A DNA stretch of 64,000 nt from an uncultured delta proteobacterium. GTDB taxonomy: Bacteria; Desulfobacterota; Desulfobacteria; Desulfobacterales; Desulfosarcinaceae. The notes below the pieces were generated by a model. It saw only the letters and a list, made by a program, of their open reading frames with translations. It searched no databases and was not told where the DNA came from. A program made the position numbers and the translations under genes. Location of the stretch: NCBI GenBank assembly GCA_963697225.1, contig CAVONM010000013.1, positions 42,375 to 106,374 on the forward strand, in the 5' to 3' direction. Below, piece after piece: positions 45,829-55,668 of this stretch (its first letter is position 1; every line of letters starts with the position of its first letter).

Positions 45829-47571
45829 GTGCCCGTGATCCATCAATTCGACACGGTAATCGTCGGCTCCGGCGGTGCCGGTCTTTATGCCGCACTGGAA
45901 GCCAGCCAGCAATCCAAAACGGCGGTTCTTTCCAAGCTTTACCCGATCCGCAGCCATACCGGTGCTGCCCAGGGTGGCATCAGCGCCGCATTGGGCAATG
46001 TGGAGGAGGACAAACCCGAATGGCACGCCTTCGACACGGTTAAGGGCGGTGACTACCTCGTTGATCAGCAGGCGGCCAAAATACTTACCGAAGAGGCTGT
46101 CCAGGCAGTCTATGATCTGGAGAACCGCGGCCTGCCATTTAACCGTACACCCGAGGGACGCATCGACCAGCGCCGCTTCGGCGGCCATACGCGCAATTTT
46201 GGCGAAGGCCCCGTTCGTCGGGCCTGCTATGCGGCCGATCGTACGGGTCACATGATCCTGCAGACACTCTATCAGCAGTGTATCAAAAACGAAGTGGCTT
46301 TTTTCGACGAGTTTCAGGTTGTGGATCTGCTCCTGGACGGGACCACCACCCAGGGGGTCGTGGCCGTGGAACTGGCCACCGGTGAGCTGCATGTCTTCGC
46401 CGCCAAGGCCGTCCTGTTCGCAACCGGCGGGTTCGGGCGCATCTTCAAGATCACCTCCAACGCCTACGCCAACACGGGTGACGGCCCGGCGGTATGCGCC
46501 CGGCGAGGGATTCCCTTAGAGGACATGGAGTTCTTCCAGTTTCACCCCACCGGCATCATGGGGTTGGGCATCCTGATTTCCGAAGCGGTGCGCGGGGAAG
46601 GCGGCATCCTGCGCAACCGGGACGGGGAGCGCTTCATGCAGCGCTACTCGCCGACGCTGCTGGATCTGGCCCCCCGCGACATCGTCGCCCGGTCCATACT
46701 GACCGAGATCCGCGCCGGCCAGGGGATTCGCGGGGATCGCAAGATCGATGACTACGTCCATCTGGACGCCACACACCTGGGCAAGGCGGTCCTGGCCAGC
46801 AAACTGCCCGACATCACCGGCTTCTGTAAGACATATCTGGGTATCGATCCGGCCGAGACGCCCATACCGGTGCTGCCTACGGCGCATTATGCCATGGGCG
46901 GAATCCCCACGGATGTTCACGGGCGGGTGATCATGGACGCTGCCGGAACCATTGTCGACGGCCTATACGCGGCCGGGGAGTGTGCATGCGTTTCCGTGCA
47001 TGGGGCCAACCGTTTAGGGACCAACAGCCTGCTCGACCTGGTGGTGTTCGGCCGGCGGGCCGGTCAGCACATCGGCGGCTATGTTAAGCAGGCCGACATG
47101 CCCCAGCCGAACGCAACCGCCGCCGACGAGGCGCGTGCCTTTATCGATCGCTTGACCGACGGCTCATCCGGACCCCACGGTGGGCACATCACGGATGAGA
47201 TGCAGACCACCATGATGGAAAAGGTGGGGATTTATCGCAACGAGAAGGAGATGCAGGCGGCCGTGGATGACATTCAGGCGCTGCGGCAGCGCTACCGGTC
47301 CGTGCGCGTCCAGGACACCGCCAAGCCGTTCAACACCGACCTGCTCGAAATTATCGAGCTGGGCAACCTGCTGGATCTGTCGCTGCTGACGGCAACGGCA
47401 GCCCTCGATCGCCGGGAAAGCCGCGGGGCTCACAGCCGGGAGGATTTCTCGGAAAGGGACGACGGCGACTGGCTCAAGCACTCCCTGGCCTATCTGGAAG
47501 GGGACACGGTCAGGCTTGACTACAAAGCGGTAGACACAAGCATTTGGGAACCCAAACCGCGCACCTATTGA
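45829..47571 (+). CDS. sdhA: Succinate dehydrogenase / fumarate reductase flavoprotein subunit
   Basis: [16 protein letters not shown] motif. The [10 protein letters not shown] histidine is the covalent FAD-attachment site. 580 aa. Confidence 0.95.
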   Translation: MPVIHQFDTVIVGSGGAGLYAALEASQQSKTAVLSKLYPIRSHTGAAQGGISAALGNVEEDKPEWHAFDTVKGGDYLVDQQAAKILTEEAVQAVYDLENRGLPFNRTPEGRIDQRRFGGHTRNFGEGPVRRACYAADRTGHMILQTLYQQCIKNEVAFFDEFQVVDLLLDGTTTQGVVAVELATGELHVFAAKAVLFATGGFGRIFKITSNAYANTGDGPAVCARRGIPLEDMEFFQFHPTGIMGLGILISEAVRGEGGILRNRDGERFMQRYSPTLLDLAPRDIVARSILTEIRAGQGIRGDRKIDDYVHLDATHLGKAVLASKLPDITGFCKTYLGIDPAETPIPVLPTAHYAMGGIPTDVHGRVIMDAAGTIVDGLYAAGECACVSVHGANRLGTNSLLDLVVFGRRAGQHIGGYVKQADMPQPNATAADEARAFIDRLTDGSSGPHGGHITDEMQTTMMEKVGIYRNEKEMQAAVDDIQALRQRYRSVRVQDTAKPFNTDLLEIIELGNLLDLSLLTATAALDRRESRGAHSREDFSERDDGDWLKHSLAYLEGDTVRLDYKAVDTSIWEPKPRTY

Positions 47572-47587
47572 TTCCAAGGAGGCGACC

Positions 47588-48313
47588 ATGAAAATCATCC
47601 TCAACATCCAGCGTTACAACCCCGACGTCGACGACGCCCCCTACTTCCAGGAATACAGCGTGGAGGTGGGTCCCAACCAGCGGCTGCTGGACGCCTTGAT
47701 GCTGGTCAAACGCTTTCAGGACGGCAGTCTGGGGTTCCGCAAGAGCTGCGCCCACGGCGTCTGCGGGTCCGATGCCATGCGTATAAACGGGAAGGACGGC
47801 CTGGCCTGCAAGACCCTGGTCAAGGAGGTGGCCCAAAAGGAAGGCGATACGGTCACGCTGGAACCGCTCAGGTACCTGCCGGTTCAGCGCGATCTGATCG
47901 TCAACCAGGCCGAATTTTTCAAGAAGTACCGTTCGGTCAAGCCGTTCCTGATCAACGACGAACCGGTGGCGGAAAAAGAACGCATACAGTCACAAGACGA
48001 ACGCATGCAATTCGACGACACCACCAACTGCATCCTGTGCGCCTCGTGCTACTCGGCCTGTCCGGTTCTGCAAGACAATACCGATTTTCTGGGACCGGCC
48101 GCCATCGCCCAGGCCTACCGCTTTAACGCCGACACCCGTGACCGTGGATTCGATGAGCGCTTGGCCGTGCTGGATCAACCCGATGGCGTGTGGCCCTGCC
48201 AGAACCATTTCAAGTGCACGCAATCCTGCCCGCGTTCCATTCTGATTACCAAGCGGATCAACCAGACCAAGCGATTGATCGAGAAACACAAGGAGAAAAA
48301 GGGCGACAACTGA
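47588..48313 (+). CDS. sdhB: Succinate dehydrogenase / fumarate reductase iron-sulfur subunit
   Basis: 2Fe-2S (CAHGVCGSDAMRING), 4Fe-4S and 3Fe-4S (CILCASCYSACP) cysteine clusters. Confidence 0.9.
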   Translation: MKIILNIQRYNPDVDDAPYFQEYSVEVGPNQRLLDALMLVKRFQDGSLGFRKSCAHGVCGSDAMRINGKDGLACKTLVKEVAQKEGDTVTLEPLRYLPVQRDLIVNQAEFFKKYRSVKPFLINDEPVAEKERIQSQDERMQFDDTTNCILCASCYSACPVLQDNTDFLGPAAIAQAYRFNADTRDRGFDERLAVLDQPDGVWPCQNHFKCTQSCPRSILITKRINQTKRLIEKHKEKKGDN

Positions 48314-48323
48314 GTGCGTCGTC

Positions 48324-48845
48324 TCAGTGCGGCGTATCGAAAGAGTCCAGCAGCATTTCGGGATGATCGGCATCATCCCCTTTGGCCTCGGGGTGGCTGT
48401 TGATGAAACGGGCACAGGCGTTCCAGCGCAAGACGGCATCCTGGTTGTGCGGGTCGCAGCCGGCCAGCGCTTCACCATAGGCTTTCATGGCTTTGACGAA
48501 CCAATCATAAGCCACGGTTCCTGAACCCGGGCCGCCCTGATTGAAATGAAACTTGGCCCGCCGCTCGAATACAATCCCAGTGTAATAGGATTTGCAGTAG
48601 GCGCTGTCCAGCCGGGCCACGATGTCCCGGGCTTGTTCAAAGGAGGGGTTGAGCCCGCTCTCGGAAAACATGTCGGTCAATGCCAGCAGAAGGACGATCA
48701 AGGCATCCTGATTGTCGGGGGCGACCGCCAGGATGTCCAGGCAGATGCTTTCCGCCCCGTCCGGTTCATTGAGCATACGATAGCGTTTGGCCATATCGAG
48801 TGCGGATGGAACCGCTTCGGGTTTGAGGGTTTTCAGTTCGACCAT
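48324..48845 (-). CDS. Hypothetical protein
   Basis: ORF with plausible start MVELK. No domain recognised. Confidence 0.35.
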   Translation of the reverse strand: MVELKTLKPEAVPSALDMAKRYRMLNEPDGAESICLDILAVAPDNQDALIVLLLALTDMFSESGLNPSFEQARDIVARLDSAYCKSYYTGIVFERRAKFHFNQGGPGSGTVAYDWFVKAMKAYGEALAGCDPHNQDAVLRWNACARFINSHPEAKGDDADHPEMLLDSFDTPH

Positions 48846-49104
48846 ATCGACCTCCCTTCCGGTTAAGTTGACAGCAGCCATCGATCACTGGAAACCACTA
48901 TTATACGAAGTATTCACTTATTTTCAAGAGGCGGTCACCATCCAATACCGTTTCGTAACGAAATGCTAGAGGGATGCAAACCCTGTCGCCACGCATCAAT
49001 TGGCTCATAAGGATAACTATTACCGTGATCGATTTCAGATGACGGCAAGGGGTGTTTTGCATGGACATTGAAGACAAGCTACCGGGCCGAAACGGATACC
49101 ACCC

Positions 49105-50106
49105 ATGACCTCTCGAGCCACCCTCGTGCTTGCCAACCACCGCCCGGAAACGATTCCAGCGGCGCAGCAGCTGATGGTCCGCCACGATAGGGTGATTCTC
49201 GAAGAACCGCCCGACCCTCAGTTCCTGTCCATGCTCAACGGGCAGGTGCCCATCGATGCCTACCTCGAGACCCAGGACCTGGAGTATCCTGAATTCAGCC
49301 GCCGCATGGCCGACGTCCTGCGCGAATGCCATCGGGCCGGCACCCGGCTATACCAGATCGAGCCCTTTATCGACCATCTGCTGTCCATTCACGAACGGTT
49401 TGCCGGCGGGGACGGTCCGTCGAACCTGCCGACCGGCACGGCCCTGCACCGGGTCTACCTGGCCGAACGGGAAGCCACCGCCGCATTGATCGACTTTTAC
49501 ACCGTGTCGACCAGCGGACCGTTGGCAGCTACCATCGAGGCGGTCAAGCGGTTCGCCCGCAGCGATGCTCAGCGTTTCGCATTGCGTGACCGGATGCGGG
49601 CAGCGGCCATGGCCGACGTCATCGCGGCCCCCGGCCGCACCTATATCGAGGCCGGGCTGATCCACTTTCCCCTGTGGCACGAGCTCAGGCGGCGGCTGCC
49701 GACAGGCTACCCCCTTCGCGTGCATTTTCTCATGGCCGATGCCGTGCGATCCATGGGCTATCGCAGTCACCTGTATGGCCCCGGAGACCTGCTGACCCTG
49801 CACTACCGTTTTCACCCGCAGCGTCGATTTCAAGGGGAAGATCTTCTCGCGGCGCGTGCGCTGATCTACAGCAAACTGATCGCCAAGGACGAGATTATCG
49901 ACGCCGACGAACCTTATCCGCACACCCGTGATGAATTGGAGGTGGGTGCCGTGACAGCCCGGCTCACCTTGACCGACTGTCGCCGCCTGTACCCGCCGAT
50001 CCGAGGGGCGGCCACCACTACAGCCCGTGAGATGGTGCGGCACTATCTGGGCTTTTTCGAGGAAACAGACGAGCCATCCATGAACACAGGGAAAATACCG
50101 CGATGA
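49105..50106 (+). CDS. Hypothetical protein (333 aa), first gene of the inositol/glucosamine operon
   Basis: ORF. ATGA overlap with the HAD gene. No domain recognised. Confidence 0.45.
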   Translation: MTSRATLVLANHRPETIPAAQQLMVRHDRVILEEPPDPQFLSMLNGQVPIDAYLETQDLEYPEFSRRMADVLRECHRAGTRLYQIEPFIDHLLSIHERFAGGDGPSNLPTGTALHRVYLAEREATAALIDFYTVSTSGPLAATIEAVKRFARSDAQRFALRDRMRAAAMADVIAAPGRTYIEAGLIHFPLWHELRRRLPTGYPLRVHFLMADAVRSMGYRSHLYGPGDLLTLHYRFHPQRRFQGEDLLAARALIYSKLIAKDEIIDADEPYPHTRDELEVGAVTARLTLTDCRRLYPPIRGAATTTAREMVRHYLGFFEETDEPSMNTGKIPR

Positions 50107-50756
50107 TCAAAGCGATGCTATTCGATTTCGGGCTGGTTATCTCGACCCCGCGTTCGACGGACTGCTTTCGCGCATACGAACGGGATCTGGGGATCGCCGA
50201 GGGCAGCATCAACCCAATCATGTTCGACGGCCCGGCCTGGCAGGACGCCCTGATCGGTCGGTTGACCATGCAGGCCTACTGGCGTGCCATCGGCCCGTCG
50301 CTGGGCCTGACCAGGCAACGGCAGATCGACGCCTTCCGCTGTCGCTACTACCATGACGAATCCGTCAACCCAGACGTCCTGCGCCTGATTCGGCGGCTCC
50401 ACGGCACTTACTACTTGGCGGTGCTTTCCAATCATCCGCCGGGCCTGGATCAATGGCTGAGCGACTGGGGCATTCGGGATCTTTTCGACGTGATTTACTG
50501 TTCCGGTGACGAGGGCCGGGTCAAACCCGATCCAGCGGTGTACCAAGCCACCCTCGACCGCCTGGGGGTACGGCCGGCCGAAGCCGTATTTATCGACGAT
50601 ACCGCGGGGCACGTGACGGCCGCGCAAGCCTTGGGCATTCACGGGATTGTCTTCAGTGATGCCCACCGTCTCGAAAGGGATCTGGATACCCTTTTGGGTG
50701 AGGACCAGTCAGCTCATCTGCCACCGCGCACCATCGAGACCCCGTATGAAGGTTAA
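50103..50756 (+). CDS. HAD-superfamily hydrolase (beta-phosphoglucomutase/phosphatase-like)
   Basis: MLFDFGLV (motif I DxG variant) and FIDDTAGHV (motif IV). Confidence 0.7.
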   Translation: MIKAMLFDFGLVISTPRSTDCFRAYERDLGIAEGSINPIMFDGPAWQDALIGRLTMQAYWRAIGPSLGLTRQRQIDAFRCRYYHDESVNPDVLRLIRRLHGTYYLAVLSNHPPGLDQWLSDWGIRDLFDVIYCSGDEGRVKPDPAVYQATLDRLGVRPAEAVFIDDTAGHVTAAQALGIHGIVFSDAHRLERDLDTLLGEDQSAHLPPRTIETPYEG

Positions 50757-50760
50757 ACCC

Positions 50761-51483
50761 ATGACGCATCGGAAGACCGCGAAAAGCCTGCTTGGAGCCC
50801 TCCTCCTGGAAGGCGGTGGTGAGTTCGGTGGCAGGATGGCGGACCCCGACCGCGAAGCCCTGTCTGCTGCAGGTGGTCCAAGCGCAAGGGTCGCCATCAT
50901 CCCGGCCGCAGCTGCACCGGACCACAATGACGAACGGGCCGGACAGAACGCGGTGCGCTGGTTTCGACATTTAGGCGCCTTGCAGGTCGAAAGCCTGCCC
51001 CTGGTCGACCGGGTCTCAGCCAATGACCCCGCCATTGCCGACCGCCTGCTCAAGGCCCGACTGATCTACCTGCTGGGCGGGTTTCCCGCTCACCTGGCCC
51101 TCAGCCTTCAGGGCAGCCGCAGCTGGCAGGCCGTGCTGCAGGCTTATAAATCCGGCGCAGTGATTGCCGGCAGCAGTGCCGGAGCCATGGTGCTCTGCAG
51201 CGATTATTACGACCCGGCGGGCCACGCGGTCGCCCCCGGCCTCGGACTTCTTTCCCGCACCTGTGTCATTCCCCATCACGAGACCGTTGGCTGGCGCTGG
51301 GCGCCCGTTTTACAAAAAGCGCTGCCGGACGATGTGCTGTTGGGAATCGATGAAGAAACCGGTGCCCTGAACCTGCCCGCGCAAGACCACTGGCGAGTCT
51401 ACGGCAAAGGGCGGGTAACGCTTTACCGCAAAAACCGGGTGACAGTTTTTGGCCCCGGCCAGACATTCCGTTTGGATGGTTGA
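50761..51483 (+). CDS. Peptidase S51-family protein (cyanophycinase / dipeptidase E-like)
   Basis: IYLLGGFP and AVIAGSSAGAMVL (Ser nucleophile elbow) motifs. Confidence 0.6.
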   Translation: MTHRKTAKSLLGALLLEGGGEFGGRMADPDREALSAAGGPSARVAIIPAAAAPDHNDERAGQNAVRWFRHLGALQVESLPLVDRVSANDPAIADRLLKARLIYLLGGFPAHLALSLQGSRSWQAVLQAYKSGAVIAGSSAGAMVLCSDYYDPAGHAVAPGLGLLSRTCVIPHHETVGWRWAPVLQKALPDDVLLGIDEETGALNLPAQDHWRVYGKGRVTLYRKNRVTVFGPGQTFRLDG

Positions 51484-51699
51484 GGCAACCGCCACGCCAA
51501 TGTGGGAAAACCGGTCACACCGCCTTGAGCGGAATTGCTCAGGACAGTCGAGATCGGGTCGGCTTTTGACTTGCATTCCGAAATCCTCTATACTCATTTG
51601 AATTCTATCCGGACTCAGCGGTATGGTCTTGCCATCCGATGACCTATCGGATCCGGCCATGGCGATTACTCTGAAGCGCTCCCACTGCCCTGTTCAATC

Positions 51700-52965
51700 A
51701 TGAAAGGCCCCATGGCAAATCCTCATGGAAAAATAGTTCTCATGGGTTCCGGTGAGCTGACGGCCACCATGGTGGAGGTGCACAAGGGCCTTTTGCAGCA
51801 GTTGCCGGGAACACCCCGGGCCGTATTTCTGGACACCCCGGCCGGTTTTCAACTCAACGTGGACCAGATATCGGCCCGGGCGGCCGACTATTTTCGGACC
51901 CGTGTCCGCCACCCGCTGACCGTGGCCTCGTTCAAGTCTAACACGCCCACCAGCGACTATGACGACCTTCAGGCAAACCGCGTGTTGCGCCAGGCCGACT
52001 TTGTTCTCATCGGGCCGGGCAGCCCGACCTATGCCTTGCGGCAATGGCAGCAATCGCCCGTACCCGATCTGCTCGCTGACTGCGTAATCACGGGTGGATG
52101 CCTGGTCGCTGCCAGCGCCGCCGCCCTGACCATGGGCCGCTTCACCCTGCCGGTATACGAAATCTACAAGGTCGGGCAGGATCCGCACTGGATTGACGGC
52201 CTGGACCTGTTGGGCCGCTTCGGCCTGAACCTGGTGGTGGTGCCCCACTGGAACAACGCCGAAGGCGGCAACCACGACACGCGTTTCTGCTTTATGGGCG
52301 CCACGCGGTTCGATGCCATGGCGGACATGCTGCCGCACCGACTACCCATACTGGGCCTGGACGAACATACCGCCTGCATCCTGGACCTGGCCACCGATCA
52401 GGCCGAGGTCAAGGGCATCGGCGGCATCACCGTGCGAACCCCCGACGGCGCGATGACGGTCAAGAGCGGTGACCGTTTTGCCCTGTCGGTGTTGCGGGAA
52501 GGGTCGATCACACCCAATCGGATCGTTGAACCACCCGAATCGGAATCCGTGCCACTGCCGACGGATGCCAACCAAGCGTTCTGGCTGAGCGCGCACGACC
52601 TGGTAGCCCGCTTCGAGACAGGCCTCGATCAAGGGGACGCGCGCGCCGCGACGAACGCACTCTTGGAGTTCGACCGCATCGTCTGGTGTGCCCAACACGG
52701 GCTTGAGGATGAGGCGGTCGTTGCCCAGGCCCGCGACACATTACGCGATATGATCGTTCTTTTGGGAAACCAGATGGCCGCCTCACCCAAACTTCGGGAG
52801 GAGCGCCTGGCCCCGCTGGTGGAAGCGCTGCTGGGTCTGCGCCAGAAGCTGCGCCGGGAAGCGCAATGGGACGCGGCCGACATGCTGCGTGCCGCCCTGA
52901 GCGCCATCGGCATTCAGGTGGAAGACACCCCGGACGGCCATCGCTGGCACCTGACATCGCCATAG
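51700..52965 (+). CDS. S51/class-I-glutamine-amidotransferase-like domain fused to a C-terminal domain resembling the anticodon-binding C-terminus of cysteinyl-tRNA synthetase
   Basis: N-terminal KIVLMGSGEL...FVLIGPGSPTYAL has the S51-like fold, with the nucleophile-elbow Ser apparently replaced (TGGCLVAASAA). The C-terminal LRQKLRREAQWDAADMLRAALSAIGIQVEDTPDGHRWHL parallels the E. coli CysRS C-terminus (...[24 protein letters not shown], from memory). Confidence 0.55.
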   Translation: MKGPMANPHGKIVLMGSGELTATMVEVHKGLLQQLPGTPRAVFLDTPAGFQLNVDQISARAADYFRTRVRHPLTVASFKSNTPTSDYDDLQANRVLRQADFVLIGPGSPTYALRQWQQSPVPDLLADCVITGGCLVAASAAALTMGRFTLPVYEIYKVGQDPHWIDGLDLLGRFGLNLVVVPHWNNAEGGNHDTRFCFMGATRFDAMADMLPHRLPILGLDEHTACILDLATDQAEVKGIGGITVRTPDGAMTVKSGDRFALSVLREGSITPNRIVEPPESESVPLPTDANQAFWLSAHDLVARFETGLDQGDARAATNALLEFDRIVWCAQHGLEDEAVVAQARDTLRDMIVLLGNQMAASPKLREERLAPLVEALLGLRQKLRREAQWDAADMLRAALSAIGIQVEDTPDGHRWHLTSP

Positions 52966-53015
52966 TCGATGCAATGCCTGACAGCGGCCATCCATTCACT
53001 GAGGAATCGATAACC

Positions 53016-54668
53016 ATGAAGCAACACCCCCAGCTATCTCTGCTGTTCGTCATGCAGGCATCGCCATCCGGGCCGGCGCCGTTGGTCGCCTATCTTGACG
53101 CGATCCCCCATGTCCGAGTGGATGTTGAACCGGTTTTGCCCGAAAATCTGAGCGACTACGACGTCTTGATCACGCTGGGGACTGCGGCAGGTGCCGTCGG
53201 GCGGGAATTGGAAGATTTTGTCCATGCGGGTGGTGGTTGGCTGGTCGCAGTCGATGCATCACCCGGTCCCCTGCCGGCCCTGCTGGGCGTCGCCGTCGAG
53301 CCGCCCGGACCGGAGGCTGAATTGCGCGTGCTGTTTGAAAGGCCTGATCACCCCTTGGGCGTTCGGCTGCCGGATGCGCTCTATCTGACCGGGCGTTACC
53401 AGGTGCTGACGCCCACCGATGATGACACCGAAACCCTGCTCTATGCCGACTGGCACTATGCGCATACCCCGGTGCTCACCCAGCGCCCGGTGGGCCGGGG
53501 CCAGGTGGCCTGTACCACCCTGCAGGCCCTTGACCATCCTGTGGTGCAGCAAATTTTCTACCGCCTGCTTGTCAATCTCGCCGGCCGCCCGATCACGCCG
53601 GATCCACTAAGCGTGGGGATTTTGGGCTACGCCCCCTCCGTGGGACGGCTGCACGGCCTGGGTATCGACCACACCGCGGGGCTGGAACTGCGGGCCGTGT
53701 GCGACCTGAACCCGGCGCGCAGCGATCAGGCGCGCAAGGATTTCCCGGATATCCGGGTTCTGCCCACGGCTGACGCGCTGGCTGCGGCTGACGGAATCGA
53801 TCTGGTCATTGTGGCCACGCCCCCCAATATCCATGCCGACAATTGCCTGCAGATGATGGCGGCCGGAAAACATGTGGTTTGCGAAAAACCGCTGGCCCTG
53901 AACCGCCGGGAGACCGATGCCCTGCAGAACCTGGCCCAGCAAAACCAGGTCCATTTGAGCTGTCACCAGAACCGCCGGTGGGACCCGGATTACCTCACGA
54001 TCAAAGATAGCCTGAAACGAGGGCTCATCGGCGAGCTGTTCTACCTGGAAACCTTCGTTGGCGACTATCACCACCCCTGCGGGTACTGGCATTCGCACGC
54101 TTCCGTCTCCGGCGGCACCAGCTATGACTGGGGCGCCCACTATCTTGACTGGATCGTCAGCCTGATTCAGCGGCCGATTACGGCGGTGATCGGCACCCGC
54201 CACAAACGGGTCTGGCGGGATGTGACCAATGCCGACCAGGAACGCATTCAAATTCGCTTTGAAGGCGGCATCGAGGCCGAATTTATGCATTCCGACATCG
54301 CCGCGGCCCGCAAGCCGAAATGGTATCTGCTGGGCACTAGCGGGGCGATCACCGGCCGCTGGCAGGATGTGCATACCCACACCATCGATAGAGACCATTA
54401 CTACCGCCGCCACGATATCCCGGTTACCGAGATGACGCCGGAGATGGCCATTTCCTATCGCCGGGCCGAGGGTGAGATCATCCGCATCACCCCGGCCGTG
54501 GCCGAGCGTGAGCCCTATTGCTTCCACCGCAACCTGGCCGACCATCTCCTGCTGGGCGAACCGATCACCGCCCCTTTGGCCGATTCCGTCCAAGTGGTGG
54601 CCATTTTGGAAGCTGCTGCCCGCTCCATGCAGCAGGGAGGCACGCTGGAGGCGCTCGATGGCATCTGA
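53016..54668 (+). CDS. ThuA-like (class I GATase-like) domain fused to a Gfo/Idh/MocA-family NAD(P) oxidoreductase
   Basis: N-terminal about 230 aa are ThuA-like (YDVLITLGTAAG...GGGWLVAVDAS). The C-terminal half has a VGILGYAPSVGRLHG Rossmann motif and the EKP motif (HVVCEKPLA) of Gfo/Idh/MocA. Confidence 0.65.
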   Translation: MKQHPQLSLLFVMQASPSGPAPLVAYLDAIPHVRVDVEPVLPENLSDYDVLITLGTAAGAVGRELEDFVHAGGGWLVAVDASPGPLPALLGVAVEPPGPEAELRVLFERPDHPLGVRLPDALYLTGRYQVLTPTDDDTETLLYADWHYAHTPVLTQRPVGRGQVACTTLQALDHPVVQQIFYRLLVNLAGRPITPDPLSVGILGYAPSVGRLHGLGIDHTAGLELRAVCDLNPARSDQARKDFPDIRVLPTADALAAADGIDLVIVATPPNIHADNCLQMMAAGKHVVCEKPLALNRRETDALQNLAQQNQVHLSCHQNRRWDPDYLTIKDSLKRGLIGELFYLETFVGDYHHPCGYWHSHASVSGGTSYDWGAHYLDWIVSLIQRPITAVIGTRHKRVWRDVTNADQERIQIRFEGGIEAEFMHSDIAAARKPKWYLLGTSGAITGRWQDVHTHTIDRDHYYRRHDIPVTEMTPEMAISYRRAEGEIIRITPAVAEREPYCFHRNLADHLLLGEPITAPLADSVQVVAILEAAARSMQQGGTLEALDGI

Positions 54669-55668
54669 GATCCAATGGGGCATTCTGGGCAACGCCACCA
54701 TCGCCCGCAAATGCGTCATCGGCGCCATCCAGAAATCGCGCAACGGTTGCGTGCGGGCACTGGCCAGCCGATCGCCTGAAAAAGCGCGTGACGTGGCCAG
54801 GCAGCACGGTATTCCCAACCTGTATGGGAGCTATCAGGCGCTGCTCGACGATCCCGCGGTAACGGCGGTTTATCTTCCGCTGCCCAATCACCTGCATTGG
54901 CCCTGGACCCAAAAAGCGCTGGCGGCCGGCAAACACGTCCTGTGTGAAAAGCCAATCGCCTGCAACGCCCAGGAAGCTGAATCGATGGCCGCCGCTGCCC
55001 GCAAGGCCGACCGGCTGCTGATGGAGGCCTTCATGTATCGCTTTCATCCGCGCAGCCGGCGCATCAAGCAGATGGTCGTGCAGGACGAGATCGGCAGGCC
55101 CAGGCTCATCCGGGCGGCGTTTAGCTACCCCATGGCCGCAAAGCTCCTACAGAGCGGTGACAACGCCCGCCTTCGGCCGGAAATGGGCGGCGGTGCGTTA
55201 CTGGACGTGGGCTGTTATGGGGTCAGCGTGGCCCGCTGGTTGATGAACGCCGAACCGGTGAGCGTCCAGGCCCAGGCATCCTTTCATCCTTCCGGCGTGG
55301 ACTGGCACCTGATTGGCAGCCTCTATTTCGGCCCCCGGCGCATGGCCGTCGTCGAAGCCAGTTTTATTGCAGCCCTGCAGCAGACCTACAGCGTGGTGGG
55401 GGACCGCGGGGCCATCGAGCTGCCCCACGACGCCTTTATCCCCTGGGAGAAAGACGCCGTGTTCGTGCTGCGCGGCCTTGACGACGAGACCGGCACCCGG
55501 CAGACCATCGCCGGTGTTGACGAATATCAATTGATGGTGGAGCATTTTGCCGACGCCGTGCTGGATCTTTCACCACTGGCCTATTCACCCGAAGAGAGCA
55601 TCGCCAACATGCGGGTGTTGGACGCCCTGTCCCGGGCCGCCCGCAGCGGCCGGCGTGAGGCGATATGA
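54658..55668 (+). CDS. Gfo/Idh/MocA-family oxidoreductase (inositol/sugar dehydrogenase-like)
   Basis: WGILGNATIARK Rossmann motif and HVLCEKPIA motif. Confidence 0.8.
   Translation: MASEIQWGILGNATIARKCVIGAIQKSRNGCVRALASRSPEKARDVARQHGIPNLYGSYQALLDDPAVTAVYLPLPNHLHWPWTQKALAAGKHVLCEKPIACNAQEAESMAAAARKADRLLMEAFMYRFHPRSRRIKQMVVQDEIGRPRLIRAAFSYPMAAKLLQSGDNARLRPEMGGGALLDVGCYGVSVARWLMNAEPVSVQAQASFHPSGVDWHLIGSLYFGPRRMAVVEASFIAALQQTYSVVGDRGAIELPHDAFIPWEKDAVFVLRGLDDETGTRQTIAGVDEYQLMVEHFADAVLDLSPLAYSPEESIANMRVLDALSRAARSGRREAI

Noticed and set aside
45688-46392. 234-aa minus-strand ORF overlapping the sdhA start
   Set aside because: Antisense to the highly conserved SdhA N-terminus. Spurious.
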